Shown in pieces: positions 21,039 to 30,007 of a stretch of 64,000 nucleotides of DNA (positions within the stretch are counted from its first letter, which is position 1; each line of letters begins with the position of its first letter). A program made the translations under genes and the position numbers. The stretch comes from Sedimentisphaerales bacterium (lineage in GTDB: Bacteria > Planctomycetota > Phycisphaerae > Sedimentisphaerales > Anaerobacaceae). The stretch lies in NCBI GenBank assembly GCA_050013675.1, contig JBEKEU010000006.1, positions 84,477 through 148,476 of the forward strand, given 5' to 3'. The notes below the pieces were generated by a model, which was given only the letters and a program-made list of their open reading frames with translations, was not told the origin of the DNA and searched no databases.

Positions 21039-22199
21039 CTATTTCTTTCTTCGCAGCAATGCCGCACCTATGGCTAACAATAGCGCAGAAGCAGGTTCAG
21101 GCGTAAGCAGAAAAGCATGATAATCACCATTCTGATTCAGCATAGTGCCGACAATCCAGCCGTTGTTATTTATGCAATTAGCATAACTTAGTTCCCAGCC
21201 GTATGGAGCTTTAACGAGGGTATTGAGGTCTATATTGCCGCCCTGTCCTGTCGGGTCAAAAATACAGGCATGAGGATATATCTGACCAGGAACTTCAGCC
21301 CAGCCCACAATCTGGCCGAGCTCGTTAATGGCATCTGCACCGCTGTTATCGCCCCCGAGCGTTCCAAGGTCTATATTAGCTCCGAAGCCTGAAGAATCAA
21401 AAAGGCAGGCATGCTTATTTCCTAAACCACGAGGACCGGGGGGGGAAATATAAGAATAACCAACAATCTGGTCGTTATTGTTAATGCAATAAGCCCAACT
21501 CTCCTTGCCGCCAAGTGTTCCAAGGTCAATATTTGCCCCTCCGCCCGTTTCATCGAAAAGACAAGCGTGCTGAGAATAAGCAGGACCAGAATACACTACG
21601 GCACTACCGACTATCTTGCCGGCATCATTAATGGAATATGCATAACTCGTATAATATTGATAAGGTATGTGGTGATTTGCCAAATCTTTATTAGCTCCTC
21701 CGCCTGTATTGTCGAAAATAACGGCACAAGTACCGTTATTTCTATCAAGAGTGGCACCGACAATTATACCGCTGTTGTTTATGGAAGAAGCGCCGCCCCA
21801 ATAACGTTGGGAGTTTAAGGATTTGAGGTCAATATTGGCTCCTCCGCCTGTCGGGTCAAAGAGACACGCAAGAGAAGACACACCATAAGAATCTCCTGCT
21901 GAACCTACAATCTGACCGCTGTTGTTGATAGAAGCAGCAACGCTGTTCGGAAGCCCGCTGATGGTTCCGAGATATATGTTGTTGCCGTTTCCCGTTGAGT
22001 CAAAAAGGCAGGCGTGCTGGTTGCCGGAAAGATTGTAAGCACAGCCAACAATCTGACCGTTGTCATTGATGGAAACTGCCTTACTATCAGTGCCGCCGAG
22101 GGTGCCGAGGTCGATAACCTGGCGATATGCAAAAACGGGGCTGCCCAGAACCAATAGAATTACCGCTGCTGAAAAAAGTGTGTTTTTTCCTCTCATCAC
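21039..22199 (-). CDS. HAF-family extracellular repeat protein with PEP-CTERM anchor
   Basis: 386 aa. Signal peptide, about 7 repeats of the pattern ACLFDxTGGGANIDLGTLGG...INxxGQIVG, and terminal YHAFLLTPEPASALLLAIGAALLRRKK (PEP motif + TM + basic tail). Confidence 0.75.
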   Translation of the reverse strand: MMRGKNTLFSAAVILLVLGSPVFAYRQVIDLGTLGGTDSKAVSINDNGQIVGCAYNLSGNQHACLFDSTGNGNNIYLGTISGLPNSVAASINNSGQIVGSAGDSYGVSSLACLFDPTGGGANIDLKSLNSQRYWGGASSINNSGIIVGATLDRNNGTCAVIFDNTGGGANKDLANHHIPYQYYTSYAYSINDAGKIVGSAVVYSGPAYSQHACLFDETGGGANIDLGTLGGKESWAYCINNNDQIVGYSYISPPGPRGLGNKHACLFDSSGFGANIDLGTLGGDNSGADAINELGQIVGWAEVPGQIYPHACIFDPTGQGGNIDLNTLVKAPYGWELSYANCINNNGWIVGTMLNQNGDYHAFLLTPEPASALLLAIGAALLRRKK

Positions 22200-22455
22200 T
22201 GTCTCTCCTGCTCCCTATATTGTCAGAAAAACAATCTATTGAGCTACAGTTTGCCCCTTCTTCACAGGGTGATTACAGGGTACCCGGTCTTAGGGAAAAT
22301 GTCAAGGAAATTCCGGTAAAAAGCCGGGCATTCAAGGCAAAAGCGATTTTTTGGTGCGATTCGGGCAGGCAAGCCGACAAATAAATAGCGTATAGCGGGT
22401 AGCGAATAGAAATCCTAAACGCCATACGCTATACGCTAAACGCTGGAAAGAAGTT

Positions 22456-23640
22456 ATGGCTGAAGTGGCAACAACATTAGTTGAACTGGATTATAAAGAG
22501 AACCTGGGCTGGCGTATCGGCGCGGTCGTCATTACCCTTATGGCAATCGGCACAGTATTTGTCTTTTCGGCGGGGGTTGAGGTTGCCAAAGGCGTCAATC
22601 TATCGCAGTTTTACGAGTCGGCCAACCTGCGAAAGGCCCTGTTTTTCCCTTTAGCCGTCGCGGTTATGCTGGTGGTATCCCGAATCGATTATCGTCGGCT
22701 CGGTTTTGACAATGGACTATGGCGTTCGCCGATGACCTACTTATTCGGTATCAGCGTGATTTTGCTGGTGCTGGTGCTCATACCCCATATCGGCTCGCAA
22801 ATCAACCAGGCCAGACGCTGGCTCCGGATTCCGCTGGGCTTTGCCACAATCAGCTTCCAGCCATCGGAACTGGCCAAATGGACTGTGGTCTTTTCGCTCT
22901 CGGCCTTCTGCGTGAAATACGGCGACCGGCTCAAATCCTTCAAACAGGGATTTCTGCCGGTTTGTATCGTCCTCGGACTGGTGGTGGGACTCATCATCAT
23001 CGAGGACTTCGGCTCAGCGGCCCTGATTGCAATGCTCGCCTTTTTCATATTGCTCATAGGCGGGGCCAACTGGCGATACCTCGTTGCCCCCCTGCCTGTC
23101 GCTGCGATTGGTTTTGCCGCCGCGATACTCGCCTCGCCAACCAGAAGGATGCGGATACTGGCTTTCCTGCACCCCGACCAGTGGACCGGCTCATCAAACT
23201 ATCAGGCCAGTCAGTCGCTCATCGCAATTGGCTCCGGAGGATTTTTCGGCAAAGGGCTTGGTATGGGCGTCTGCAAATATGGCCATCTTCCTGAAGACAC
23301 AACCGATTTTATCTTCTCGATTATCGGCGAAGAAATGGGCCTGGTCGGAACATTAACGGTTATTGCGCTATTCATCCTGTTTATAGCGCTTGGTGTTATG
23401 GTAATAAATCGCTGCAAAGAACCGTTTGGCAAGCTGCTCGCAACAAGCATCGTCCTCGCTATCGGCTTTCAGGCCGCACTTAATATCGGCGTGGTAACAG
23501 TGGTCCTGCCGACAAAGGGCCTGCCCCTGCCTTTCGTGAGCGCAGGCGGAACAAGCATGCTTTTATCCGCCGCGGCCGTAGGCGTGCTGTTGAATATCGC
23601 ATCGCAGTGCGAAAAAACGCAGCTCAGGGAGGATGCGTAA
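22456..23640 (+). CDS. ftsW: SEDS-family peptidoglycan glycosyltransferase (FtsW/RodA)
   Basis: 394 aa polytopic membrane protein. SQSLIAIGSGGFFGKGLG and LPTKGLPLPFVSAGGTS motifs. Immediately upstream of murG. Confidence 0.85.
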   Translation: MAEVATTLVELDYKENLGWRIGAVVITLMAIGTVFVFSAGVEVAKGVNLSQFYESANLRKALFFPLAVAVMLVVSRIDYRRLGFDNGLWRSPMTYLFGISVILLVLVLIPHIGSQINQARRWLRIPLGFATISFQPSELAKWTVVFSLSAFCVKYGDRLKSFKQGFLPVCIVLGLVVGLIIIEDFGSAALIAMLAFFILLIGGANWRYLVAPLPVAAIGFAAAILASPTRRMRILAFLHPDQWTGSSNYQASQSLIAIGSGGFFGKGLGMGVCKYGHLPEDTTDFIFSIIGEEMGLVGTLTVIALFILFIALGVMVINRCKEPFGKLLATSIVLAIGFQAALNIGVVTVVLPTKGLPLPFVSAGGTSMLLSAAAVGVLLNIASQCEKTQLREDA

Positions 23641-24758
23641 TGGCTGGCAAAAGTATCTTCTTCGCCGGCGGAGGAACGGGCGGGCATATTTACCCCGCAT
23701 TGGCGGTAGCGGAGAAGATTGCCGAACTTGACCCAACTGCAAAAATTCATTTCTTTATCAGCACCCGCGACATCGACAAGCACGTCCTGTCTAAAACCAG
23801 TTTCGAATACACAACCCTGCCCGCGGTCGGGCTTTCAATAAGACCAGACAGATTTTTCAATTTCTGCAAAATGTTCCTGTCGAGTTATAAAATCGCAGCC
23901 GACGCCTTGACCAAATACAATAATCCAATTGTCGTCGGCGTCGGCGGATTCGTCGCCGCGCCCGTTTGTCGGGCGGCCTACAAATCAAAAATACCCCTCT
24001 TCCTGCTCAACGTGGATATCATTCCCGGCAAGGCCAATAAACTCATCGGGCGATGGGCACAACGAATCTTTGTGCAGTTCGAGGAAACCACTGAATACTT
24101 CGGCAGGCAAAAAACAAAAGTAACCGTCGCCGGCTGTCCCCTGCGAAACAGTTTTGAAAAACCGAATCCGCAAAGGGCAAAAGAAACGCTCGGCCTCGAC
24201 GGCAAAAAGAAAATCCTGCTCATAACAGGCGCGTCAACCGGCTCGCAAAACATAAACAGAACCGTATGCTCGCTGCTCGACAAATTAGCGGATTACGCAG
24301 ATTCCTGGCAGATAGTTCATTTAGCAGGCAGGGCAAACTTCGACCAGGTCGAGGCCGGCTACGCCAACGCCCCTGTAAGGAACAAAGTCGTCGATTACTA
24401 TGACGATATGGCGGACCTGCTCGCCGCAGCAGACATCGTCATCGGCAGAAGCGGCGCCGTCAGTGTCGCCGAATATGCCGCTGCGGGTGTGCCCAGCATC
24501 TGTATGCCCTACCCGTATCATAAGGATATGCACCAGTACCTCAACGCCGGCAAACTCGTCGATGCGGGCGCGGCGGTTATCGTGGATGACATCGGCGATG
24601 AAAAAGACCGGCGAGAGTGGCTCTGGGAGGAGCTTGAGCCGTTGCTGAAAGACGAAAAAAAACGCCTGCAAATGAAAAACGCCTGCAAAACAATAACTCG
24701 AAAAAACGCCGCTAAAATGATTGCCGAGGCGGTGCTCGACGGGCGAAATTCTATTTGA
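23640..24758 (+). CDS. murG: UDP-N-acetylglucosamine--lipid I transferase
   Basis: Start trimmed to ATG at 23640 (TAATG overlap with the ftsW stop). FFAGGGTGGHIYPALAVA and GRSGAVSVAEYAAAGVPSI motifs. Confidence 0.92.
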   Translation: MAGKSIFFAGGGTGGHIYPALAVAEKIAELDPTAKIHFFISTRDIDKHVLSKTSFEYTTLPAVGLSIRPDRFFNFCKMFLSSYKIAADALTKYNNPIVVGVGGFVAAPVCRAAYKSKIPLFLLNVDIIPGKANKLIGRWAQRIFVQFEETTEYFGRQKTKVTVAGCPLRNSFEKPNPQRAKETLGLDGKKKILLITGASTGSQNINRTVCSLLDKLADYADSWQIVHLAGRANFDQVEAGYANAPVRNKVVDYYDDMADLLAAADIVIGRSGAVSVAEYAAAGVPSICMPYPYHKDMHQYLNAGKLVDAGAAVIVDDIGDEKDRREWLWEELEPLLKDEKKRLQMKNACKTITRKNAAKMIAEAVLDGRNSI

Positions 24759-24781
24759 AAAGAAAAACAGCAGGATAAAAA

Positions 24782-25279
24782 ATGAAATTGGGAAAAATAG
24801 TCATCCTGGTCGCGGCGTTTATACTCTCGTTTTTGGTGTCCTGGCTCTTCCTGTATATGTGGGGGCATAACCCCATTATCGTCACTTTATCGCCCTACGA
24901 CGTTAATGTCCCAGGCAAACCGCTGATTTCAGCCAAGGTGTACTCACTCAAACCGGGAGATTATTTGCTTGTCCTTACAGATGTTGAATCCGGCCGGCGG
25001 GAAGGATACTGGTTCAATCCCCGCGATGGACGCATAGGCGTCCCCGCCTTCCCAACTTATCTGCCGCTGGGCAACCACGCGGTCATAAGCAAAACGACCC
25101 TCGACGGCTTTACTTACCTGGGCGAATACGTCGCTGACTGGGAAACAAAGAAAAACAACATAGCATTCACCATCAAAGGGCCTTCAGAGGCCGTTCGAGC
25201 AGCAAGAGACCTCTCGCCTGAAAACCTCAAGAGTGAGCTTTCGTTCGGCACGAAGGTTGTTATGAAAACCAGGGAGTAA
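24782..25279 (+). CDS. hypothetical membrane-anchored protein
   Basis: 165 aa with one N-terminal TM helix. No recognisable motif. Confidence 0.5.
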   Translation: MKLGKIVILVAAFILSFLVSWLFLYMWGHNPIIVTLSPYDVNVPGKPLISAKVYSLKPGDYLLVLTDVESGRREGYWFNPRDGRIGVPAFPTYLPLGNHAVISKTTLDGFTYLGEYVADWETKKNNIAFTIKGPSEAVRAARDLSPENLKSELSFGTKVVMKTRE

Positions 25280-25419
25280 ATTGGATAATTCCGGATGATA
25301 TGGATGCAATGTGGTTAAGGTTCAGCGGCAGGTAAAAGTTTTTGATGTTGACAATGCAGAGACGATGATTAGGATGATGCCGTCTAGGCGAAACAATTTC
25401 GGAATGAAAGGGTACGGAA

Positions 25420-25821
25420 ATGAGCGTTAAGCGAATCGCCGTCCACTGCGTTGATATCGAAGACAAACCCGGCAGTTTACAGAAATTTCTGACGCAAAGC
25501 AGTTTGTCAGGCGTGGATTACCTGTGCTTATCGGCGTTTTCGTGCAGCGATAATCGCAGCCGTGTCTATGTAAGCGCAAAGGACCCGAAAAGTTTTGAGG
25601 ATTTTGCCTGTGAAGCCGGGATAAAAACAACTGAGGCAGCAGGGTTTATTGTCAGCGGCGAAGACCGCGTCGGTGCGGCGGCGAATATGTTAAAAGGTCT
25701 TGCCGAAAAAGACATTCGCGGAATTGCCGGCACCGCGATGGTCTGCGACAATCGGTACCACTTGTTTGTCGTGGTCAACGCCAAAGACGCAGACCGGGCA
25801 CAAAAGGCGCTGGGCGATTAG
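25420..25821 (+). CDS. hypothetical protein, possibly a tandem ACT-like domain protein
   Basis: 133 aa. Two halves each show an ACT-like pattern (VxxxDKPGSL / SGEDRVGAAANML). Weak by-eye call. Confidence 0.4.
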   Translation: MSVKRIAVHCVDIEDKPGSLQKFLTQSSLSGVDYLCLSAFSCSDNRSRVYVSAKDPKSFEDFACEAGIKTTEAAGFIVSGEDRVGAAANMLKGLAEKDIRGIAGTAMVCDNRYHLFVVVNAKDADRAQKALGD

Positions 25822-25925
25822 CGGATGCGAGGCAAACAGCAAAATTGAAAAGCAAAGGGCAGACATAATTGTTAACAGGCAAATTCTAATATAAAAATAC
25901 ATTATAAAATTTGGAGGTCGCAGGT

Positions 25926-26969
25926 ATGTTGCTATGGACTATGAGAGCGCTTTTTGTCGTCATAATTGTTGCTGTTCTTCTTGTAAATCTGACGGTGCCG
26001 GAGATTTCTATCGAGCAGGGCCGGGCCAATTTCTACGCCATACTCTGGAGCGGCCTGGTACTGGTGGCAGCGGCATTTTTCGTGGATATCATAACACCCA
26101 AGAAATCTCTGGCGGCCCTGGCGGGCATCTTCTTCGGGCTGCTCGTCGGGATAGTGGTCAGTTGGGCGATGACCCAGGTGTTCGATATGCTTATCGATAT
26201 CTATCGGATATCGCTTAGCCCGACGGCAACCACGGCTATAAAATGGATGCTCGGAATATGTATATGCTTTATCATTATCACTATTGTCATACGCACAAAG
26301 GACGACGTGCGCTTCGTGATTCCATACGTCGAGTTTACAAAGCAGACCAAAGGAGCAAGGCCTTTCGTGCTGGATACGTCGGCTATTATCGACGGCCGAA
26401 TCGCCGACCTGTATAAAAGCAAATTGTTCGACTCGCCTCTCATTGTCCCGCGATTCGTTTTGAACGAGATACAGTTAATTTCCGATTCGGCGGACAAACT
26501 GAAACGTAACCGCGGCAGACGAGGTCTGGATATACTCAAGGAGATGCAGACGAATCCCACGATTGATATAACCATCGACGACACCGTTGTGCCGGACATC
26601 GAAGGCGTAAAGGGTGTTGACCAGAAGCTGATTCCATTCACCAAGAACTGCGGCGGACGACTCGTAACAACGGATTATAACCTCAGCAAGGTTGCGGCCG
26701 TGCGAGAGGTGGACGTCCTGAATATAAACGACCTGGCCAACTCGCTCAAGACCATTGCCCTGCCCGGAGAAAACATGAAGGTTCGCATCATAAAGCCGGG
26801 CGAAGAACCTCAGCAGGGTATCGGATACCTCGACGACGGCACGATGGTGGTTGTCGAGGAGGCCCGCGGCAAAATCGGCAAAGATATTATCATTGCGGTA
26901 ACAAGTTCGCTTCAAACGTCTGCCGGAAAAATGATCTTCGGCAAATTCGAAGGATATACCGGACAATAG
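25926..26969 (+). CDS. PIN/TRAM domain membrane protein (YacL-like)
   Basis: Start moved to ATG at 25926 (GGAGG 8 nt upstream). 3-4 N-terminal TM helices, PIN core (FVLDTSAIIDGRI, LVTTDYNL), C-terminal TRAM-like segment. Confidence 0.8.
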   Translation: MLLWTMRALFVVIIVAVLLVNLTVPEISIEQGRANFYAILWSGLVLVAAAFFVDIITPKKSLAALAGIFFGLLVGIVVSWAMTQVFDMLIDIYRISLSPTATTAIKWMLGICICFIIITIVIRTKDDVRFVIPYVEFTKQTKGARPFVLDTSAIIDGRIADLYKSKLFDSPLIVPRFVLNEIQLISDSADKLKRNRGRRGLDILKEMQTNPTIDITIDDTVVPDIEGVKGVDQKLIPFTKNCGGRLVTTDYNLSKVAAVREVDVLNINDLANSLKTIALPGENMKVRIIKPGEEPQQGIGYLDDGTMVVVEEARGKIGKDIIIAVTSSLQTSAGKMIFGKFEGYTGQ

Positions 26970-27072
26970 CCGCCGGAAGAATACAATTAGCATTTGGCCC
27001 CGCCATTCTTGCCTAAGTATTAACGAAGGCGGACCTGTCCTCCGTAGCTCCTAGCGAAGGAGGATGGTGGGG

Positions 27073-27747
27073 TTATTGCCTTCTTAAAAGACATTTTACC
27101 GACAGCATAATCACACCCAACAGACCGATGGTGAAAAGCGGCCACGAGAAGTGCCCGGCGTAGTCAGACAATTGCATATATTGCCCGGCGATGCAAAATG
27201 ATACGACTATAATAAAGCTGGAGAGCAAAAAGCCGAGCCAGACCCAACGTGATACCTTGATTGGTTTGCCAACGCAATCGCGGTAAAAAATCAGCGTCGC
27301 AAAAACAAGCATTGTCAGCGACACAAGCACAGGCGCCAGGACTGGGCCTGCCCAGGGGCAGGGTATCAGGAAAAAGACGTCCCAATCCATAATTGAAGCC
27401 GGCCAATCCAATATGACCTTTAGCCAGACGTAATAGAATATATCCCAAACGGCAAAGATTATCATAAAGCACGCAAGCCGCTGCCGGCGATTTTGCCCGG
27501 CGAGAAAACATGCGGCAAATATCAGGACAATTGTCGCGGCCTCTCTGGCAACCTCAACCGGTAGAATACGATTGGACTCGGCGGTAAGAGGAAATGACGT
27601 GAGGGGAAAGACAAAGCCGGAGGGATGAAAAATTTGCCGAAGATAAACGACCACCGCCGCCTCGATATAGCCAAAAGCGATTGCCAGTATCACGACGAGC
27701 CAGAAACGGCTTATCGCTGTTTTTGGGAGTGTTGGTGAAATGGTCAT
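27073..27747 (-). CDS. hypothetical polytopic membrane protein
   Basis: Start trimmed to ATG at 27747, forming an ATGA overlap with the ispG stop. Roughly six hydrophobic helices. Confidence 0.55.
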   Translation of the reverse strand: MTISPTLPKTAISRFWLVVILAIAFGYIEAAVVVYLRQIFHPSGFVFPLTSFPLTAESNRILPVEVAREAATIVLIFAACFLAGQNRRQRLACFMIIFAVWDIFYYVWLKVILDWPASIMDWDVFFLIPCPWAGPVLAPVLVSLTMLVFATLIFYRDCVGKPIKVSRWVWLGFLLSSFIIVVSFCIAGQYMQLSDYAGHFSWPLFTIGLLGVIMLSVKCLLRRQ

Positions 27748-28826
27748 AGGTTGTTCAGGAGTCGCAGGAGCATCGGTATAATCCGGTTTTCTGCGACGGT
27801 TGCGATTTTCTTCCCTTTGCGATAAATGAACACCTTGTTTTTTGCGGCACATACGGCCAAGTCCGCGTCTGCCGCCTCCCCCGGCCCGTTGACAATGCAT
27901 CCCATAACGGCGATTCGCACCGGCCTGCCCTGAGCTTTGTCGAAGGGTTTATCGATACCACTCACCGCTTTTTTCACCTTGCGAGCAAGCTCTGCTATAT
28001 CAATCTCAGTCCGGGCGCAGGTCGGACAAACTATCAGTTGCAATTTGGGCGCAGGGTAGAGCCCCAGCGAAATGAGAATCTGTTTGGCGATTCCGGTTTC
28101 GATGACTGGGTCGCCTGCCGCGCTAACGCGTATAGTATCGCCGATGCCTTCCGCCAGAAGCGTCCCCAGAGTAACAGCCGAGGGGACACAGGCGTCTTCA
28201 GGCAGCCCCGCATGCGTCAGGCCCAGGTGAATTGGGTAATCGAATGTCTCCGCGATGCGCCTGTTGATTTCGATTGTGCGAATCGTGTCGCTGCTTTTTG
28301 CGCTAAGGACGATTTGCGAAAAACCCCGCCCTTCAAAAAGCCGGACGTATCCTTTCAACTCCTTCAGCATCAGCGCGACCCGTCTGCCGGAAACGACATC
28401 CGGTTTTCCCAGGTCTCTTATGCTCGCTTCGTTGACGCCGATGCGGATTGCGACCTTGTGCATTTTAGCGGCGTCTATGATTCGCAGGATGTCGTCGCGA
28501 TTTTTTATATTGCCGGGATTGAGCCGGATTTTCGCCGCGCCCGCCTCGATGGCCTCGACGGCCCGCTGTGGGCTGAAGTGAATGTCGGCAATCAGGGGGA
28601 TATTTACCTTTTGGACGATTTGGGCAAAAGCAGTGGTATCGGCACGGGTCGGCACGGCCACACGAACTAATCGGCAGCCGGCTTCCGCAAGTTGATTTAT
28701 CTGCCGGACGCACCGGCCCACGTCGGTGGTCGGCACCTTGGTCATCGATTGGATAACAACCGCCGACGATGACCCGATTTTCACGCTGCCTGCGTCAATC
28801 GTTCTGGTTTTCTTTCGCTTAAACAT
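27744..28826 (-). CDS. ispG: 4-hydroxy-3-methylbut-2-en-1-yl diphosphate synthase
   Basis: 360 aa. VIQSMTK, RVAVP, IPLIADIHF, CPTCART and GCIVNGPGE motifs. Confidence 0.93.
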   Translation of the reverse strand: MFKRKKTRTIDAGSVKIGSSSAVVIQSMTKVPTTDVGRCVRQINQLAEAGCRLVRVAVPTRADTTAFAQIVQKVNIPLIADIHFSPQRAVEAIEAGAAKIRLNPGNIKNRDDILRIIDAAKMHKVAIRIGVNEASIRDLGKPDVVSGRRVALMLKELKGYVRLFEGRGFSQIVLSAKSSDTIRTIEINRRIAETFDYPIHLGLTHAGLPEDACVPSAVTLGTLLAEGIGDTIRVSAAGDPVIETGIAKQILISLGLYPAPKLQLIVCPTCARTEIDIAELARKVKKAVSGIDKPFDKAQGRPVRIAVMGCIVNGPGEAADADLAVCAAKNKVFIYRKGKKIATVAENRIIPMLLRLLNNL

Positions 28827-28922
28827 AAACTAATTGTAGCTTGTCGTAATCGGCCAATCAAATTAAAATGCCTATATTGGAACGACGGCTTTGTTGAGTT
28901 TTTAGTTTAGAAAGAGGCGATT

Positions 28923-29132
28923 ATGAAAAAAAACACGTTGCATAAGATTTTGAACCCCATTTTGCTGGTGCTTTTTATCAACCAGGCGGTAACTGTACTG
29001 CTTCTCGACGAGTTACCACCCTGGGCATTCCAGATTTTTCATAAAGCCGGCGGCGGCACCCTGCTCGCCCTTATCGCCGTCCATTTCATCCTGAACTTCA
29101 ACTGGGTCAAGGCAAATTACTTCTCGAAATAA
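28923..29132 (+). CDS. small hypothetical membrane protein
   Basis: 69 aa with two hydrophobic helices. AAAGAGG RBS upstream. Confidence 0.4.
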   Translation: MKKNTLHKILNPILLVLFINQAVTVLLLDELPPWAFQIFHKAGGGTLLALIAVHFILNFNWVKANYFSK

Positions 29133-29219
29133 AAAGTTATTTGAAACAATATATTCCACTGATTTTTATTTTCTATGCCCTCTGTGGAATCTGTGGTTAG
29201 AAATGAATCGAGGTTAAAT

Positions 29220-29411
29220 ATGGGACTACTTTGGGAAATTGTGCAGACGGGCCTGATGTACGGGCAGAAACGAAAAGCCGACACAATTGACGACAGGGTC
29301 CAGATTCTCGAAGACCGGCTTACAGCAACGCAAAACACACTGCGAAAGCTTGTGAAAAAACTCGAAGAAATGCAGGGAACCGATATCGACGGCGACGGCA
29401 AAGTAGGATAA
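29220..29411 (+). CDS. small hypothetical coiled-coil protein
   Basis: Start moved to ATG at 29220 (GAGG 6 nt upstream). The longer track ORF would begin inside a CTCTGTGG repeat element. Confidence 0.35.
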   Translation: MGLLWEIVQTGLMYGQKRKADTIDDRVQILEDRLTATQNTLRKLVKKLEEMQGTDIDGDGKVG

Positions 29412-29524
29412 AGACAGTTTTAAGTTCCCGGTGTTGAGTTTTGAGTCGAATTACAGGGCAATATAAGACCAGATTCGAGGTTATGGGCGATGTTATTGGA
29501 ATTTTGAATAATTTTTTATTATTT

Positions 29525-29555
29525 TTGTTGTGGCCGGAGAAATTTGTGGTATAAT
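29525..29555 (+). promoter_or_regulatory. candidate sigma70-type promoter with extended -10 for csp
   Basis: Perfect TATAAT at 29550-29555 preceded by TGG (extended -10) and a weak TTGTTG/TTGTGG -35. Would give a ~100-nt leader before the GTG at 29661. Confidence 0.45.
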
Positions 29556-29660
29556 GGATTTCTTGTAGGGCATATCTTTTCACCTTTCAAGGATATCCTC
29601 CCAAAAAATTGTGAAAGGCAAGTAGCTTTATGGCCAGGTAACAGGCCAAGGAGAATTGTT

Positions 29661-29864
29661 GTGAGTACAGGTACAGTAAAATGGTTTAATGATCAAAAGG
29701 GGTTTGGGTTTATCGTAGCCGACGACGGCGGCCCGGACCTGTTCGTTCACCACTCGGAAATCAAGTCATCCGGGTACTCGAGTTTGAGCGAAGGGCAGAA
29801 GGTTGAGTACGAAGTTGGCCAGGGCAAAAAAGGCCCCTGCGCGACAAACGTAGTTCCAAAATAA
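29661..29864 (+). CDS. cspA: cold-shock protein (CspA family)
   Basis: GTG start at 29661, 8 nt after [24 protein letters not shown] (RNP-1) and DLFVHHS (RNP-2). The longer track ORF from 29544 is an alternative-start artefact. Confidence 0.9.
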   Translation: MSTGTVKWFNDQKGFGFIVADDGGPDLFVHHSEIKSSGYSSLSEGQKVEYEVGQGKKGPCATNVVPK

Positions 29865-29892
29865 GCACCAATACTACTTGACGCCAAAGAAA

Positions 29893-29918
29893 GGCCTCGC
29901 ATCGCGGGGCCTTTTTTA
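29893..29918 (+). terminator. rho-independent terminator after csp
   Basis: GGCCTCGC / GCGGGGCC hairpin (one G-U pair) followed by TTTTTT. Confidence 0.6.
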
Positions 29919-30007
29919 TTTGCTGACATTCAACATCGCTTCGAATTTCCCTTGATTTCGGGCCGCACAAGGCATAAATAGTTAGGGTCTTGGGAAATGA
30001 TAAAAAT

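Noticed and set aside
27748-27900. N-terminal 51-aa extension of the membrane-protein ORF (track start 27900)
   Set aside because: The extension overlaps the 3' end of ispG and is Arg/Gly-rich. The ATG at 27747 gives an ATGA stop-start overlap and begins right before the first TM helix.
29544-29660. 39-codon N-terminal extension of the csp ORF
   Set aside because: It starts at a non-ATG codon inside the predicted promoter/leader. A GTG with a perfect AAGGAG RBS at 29661 yields the canonical ~67-aa Csp.
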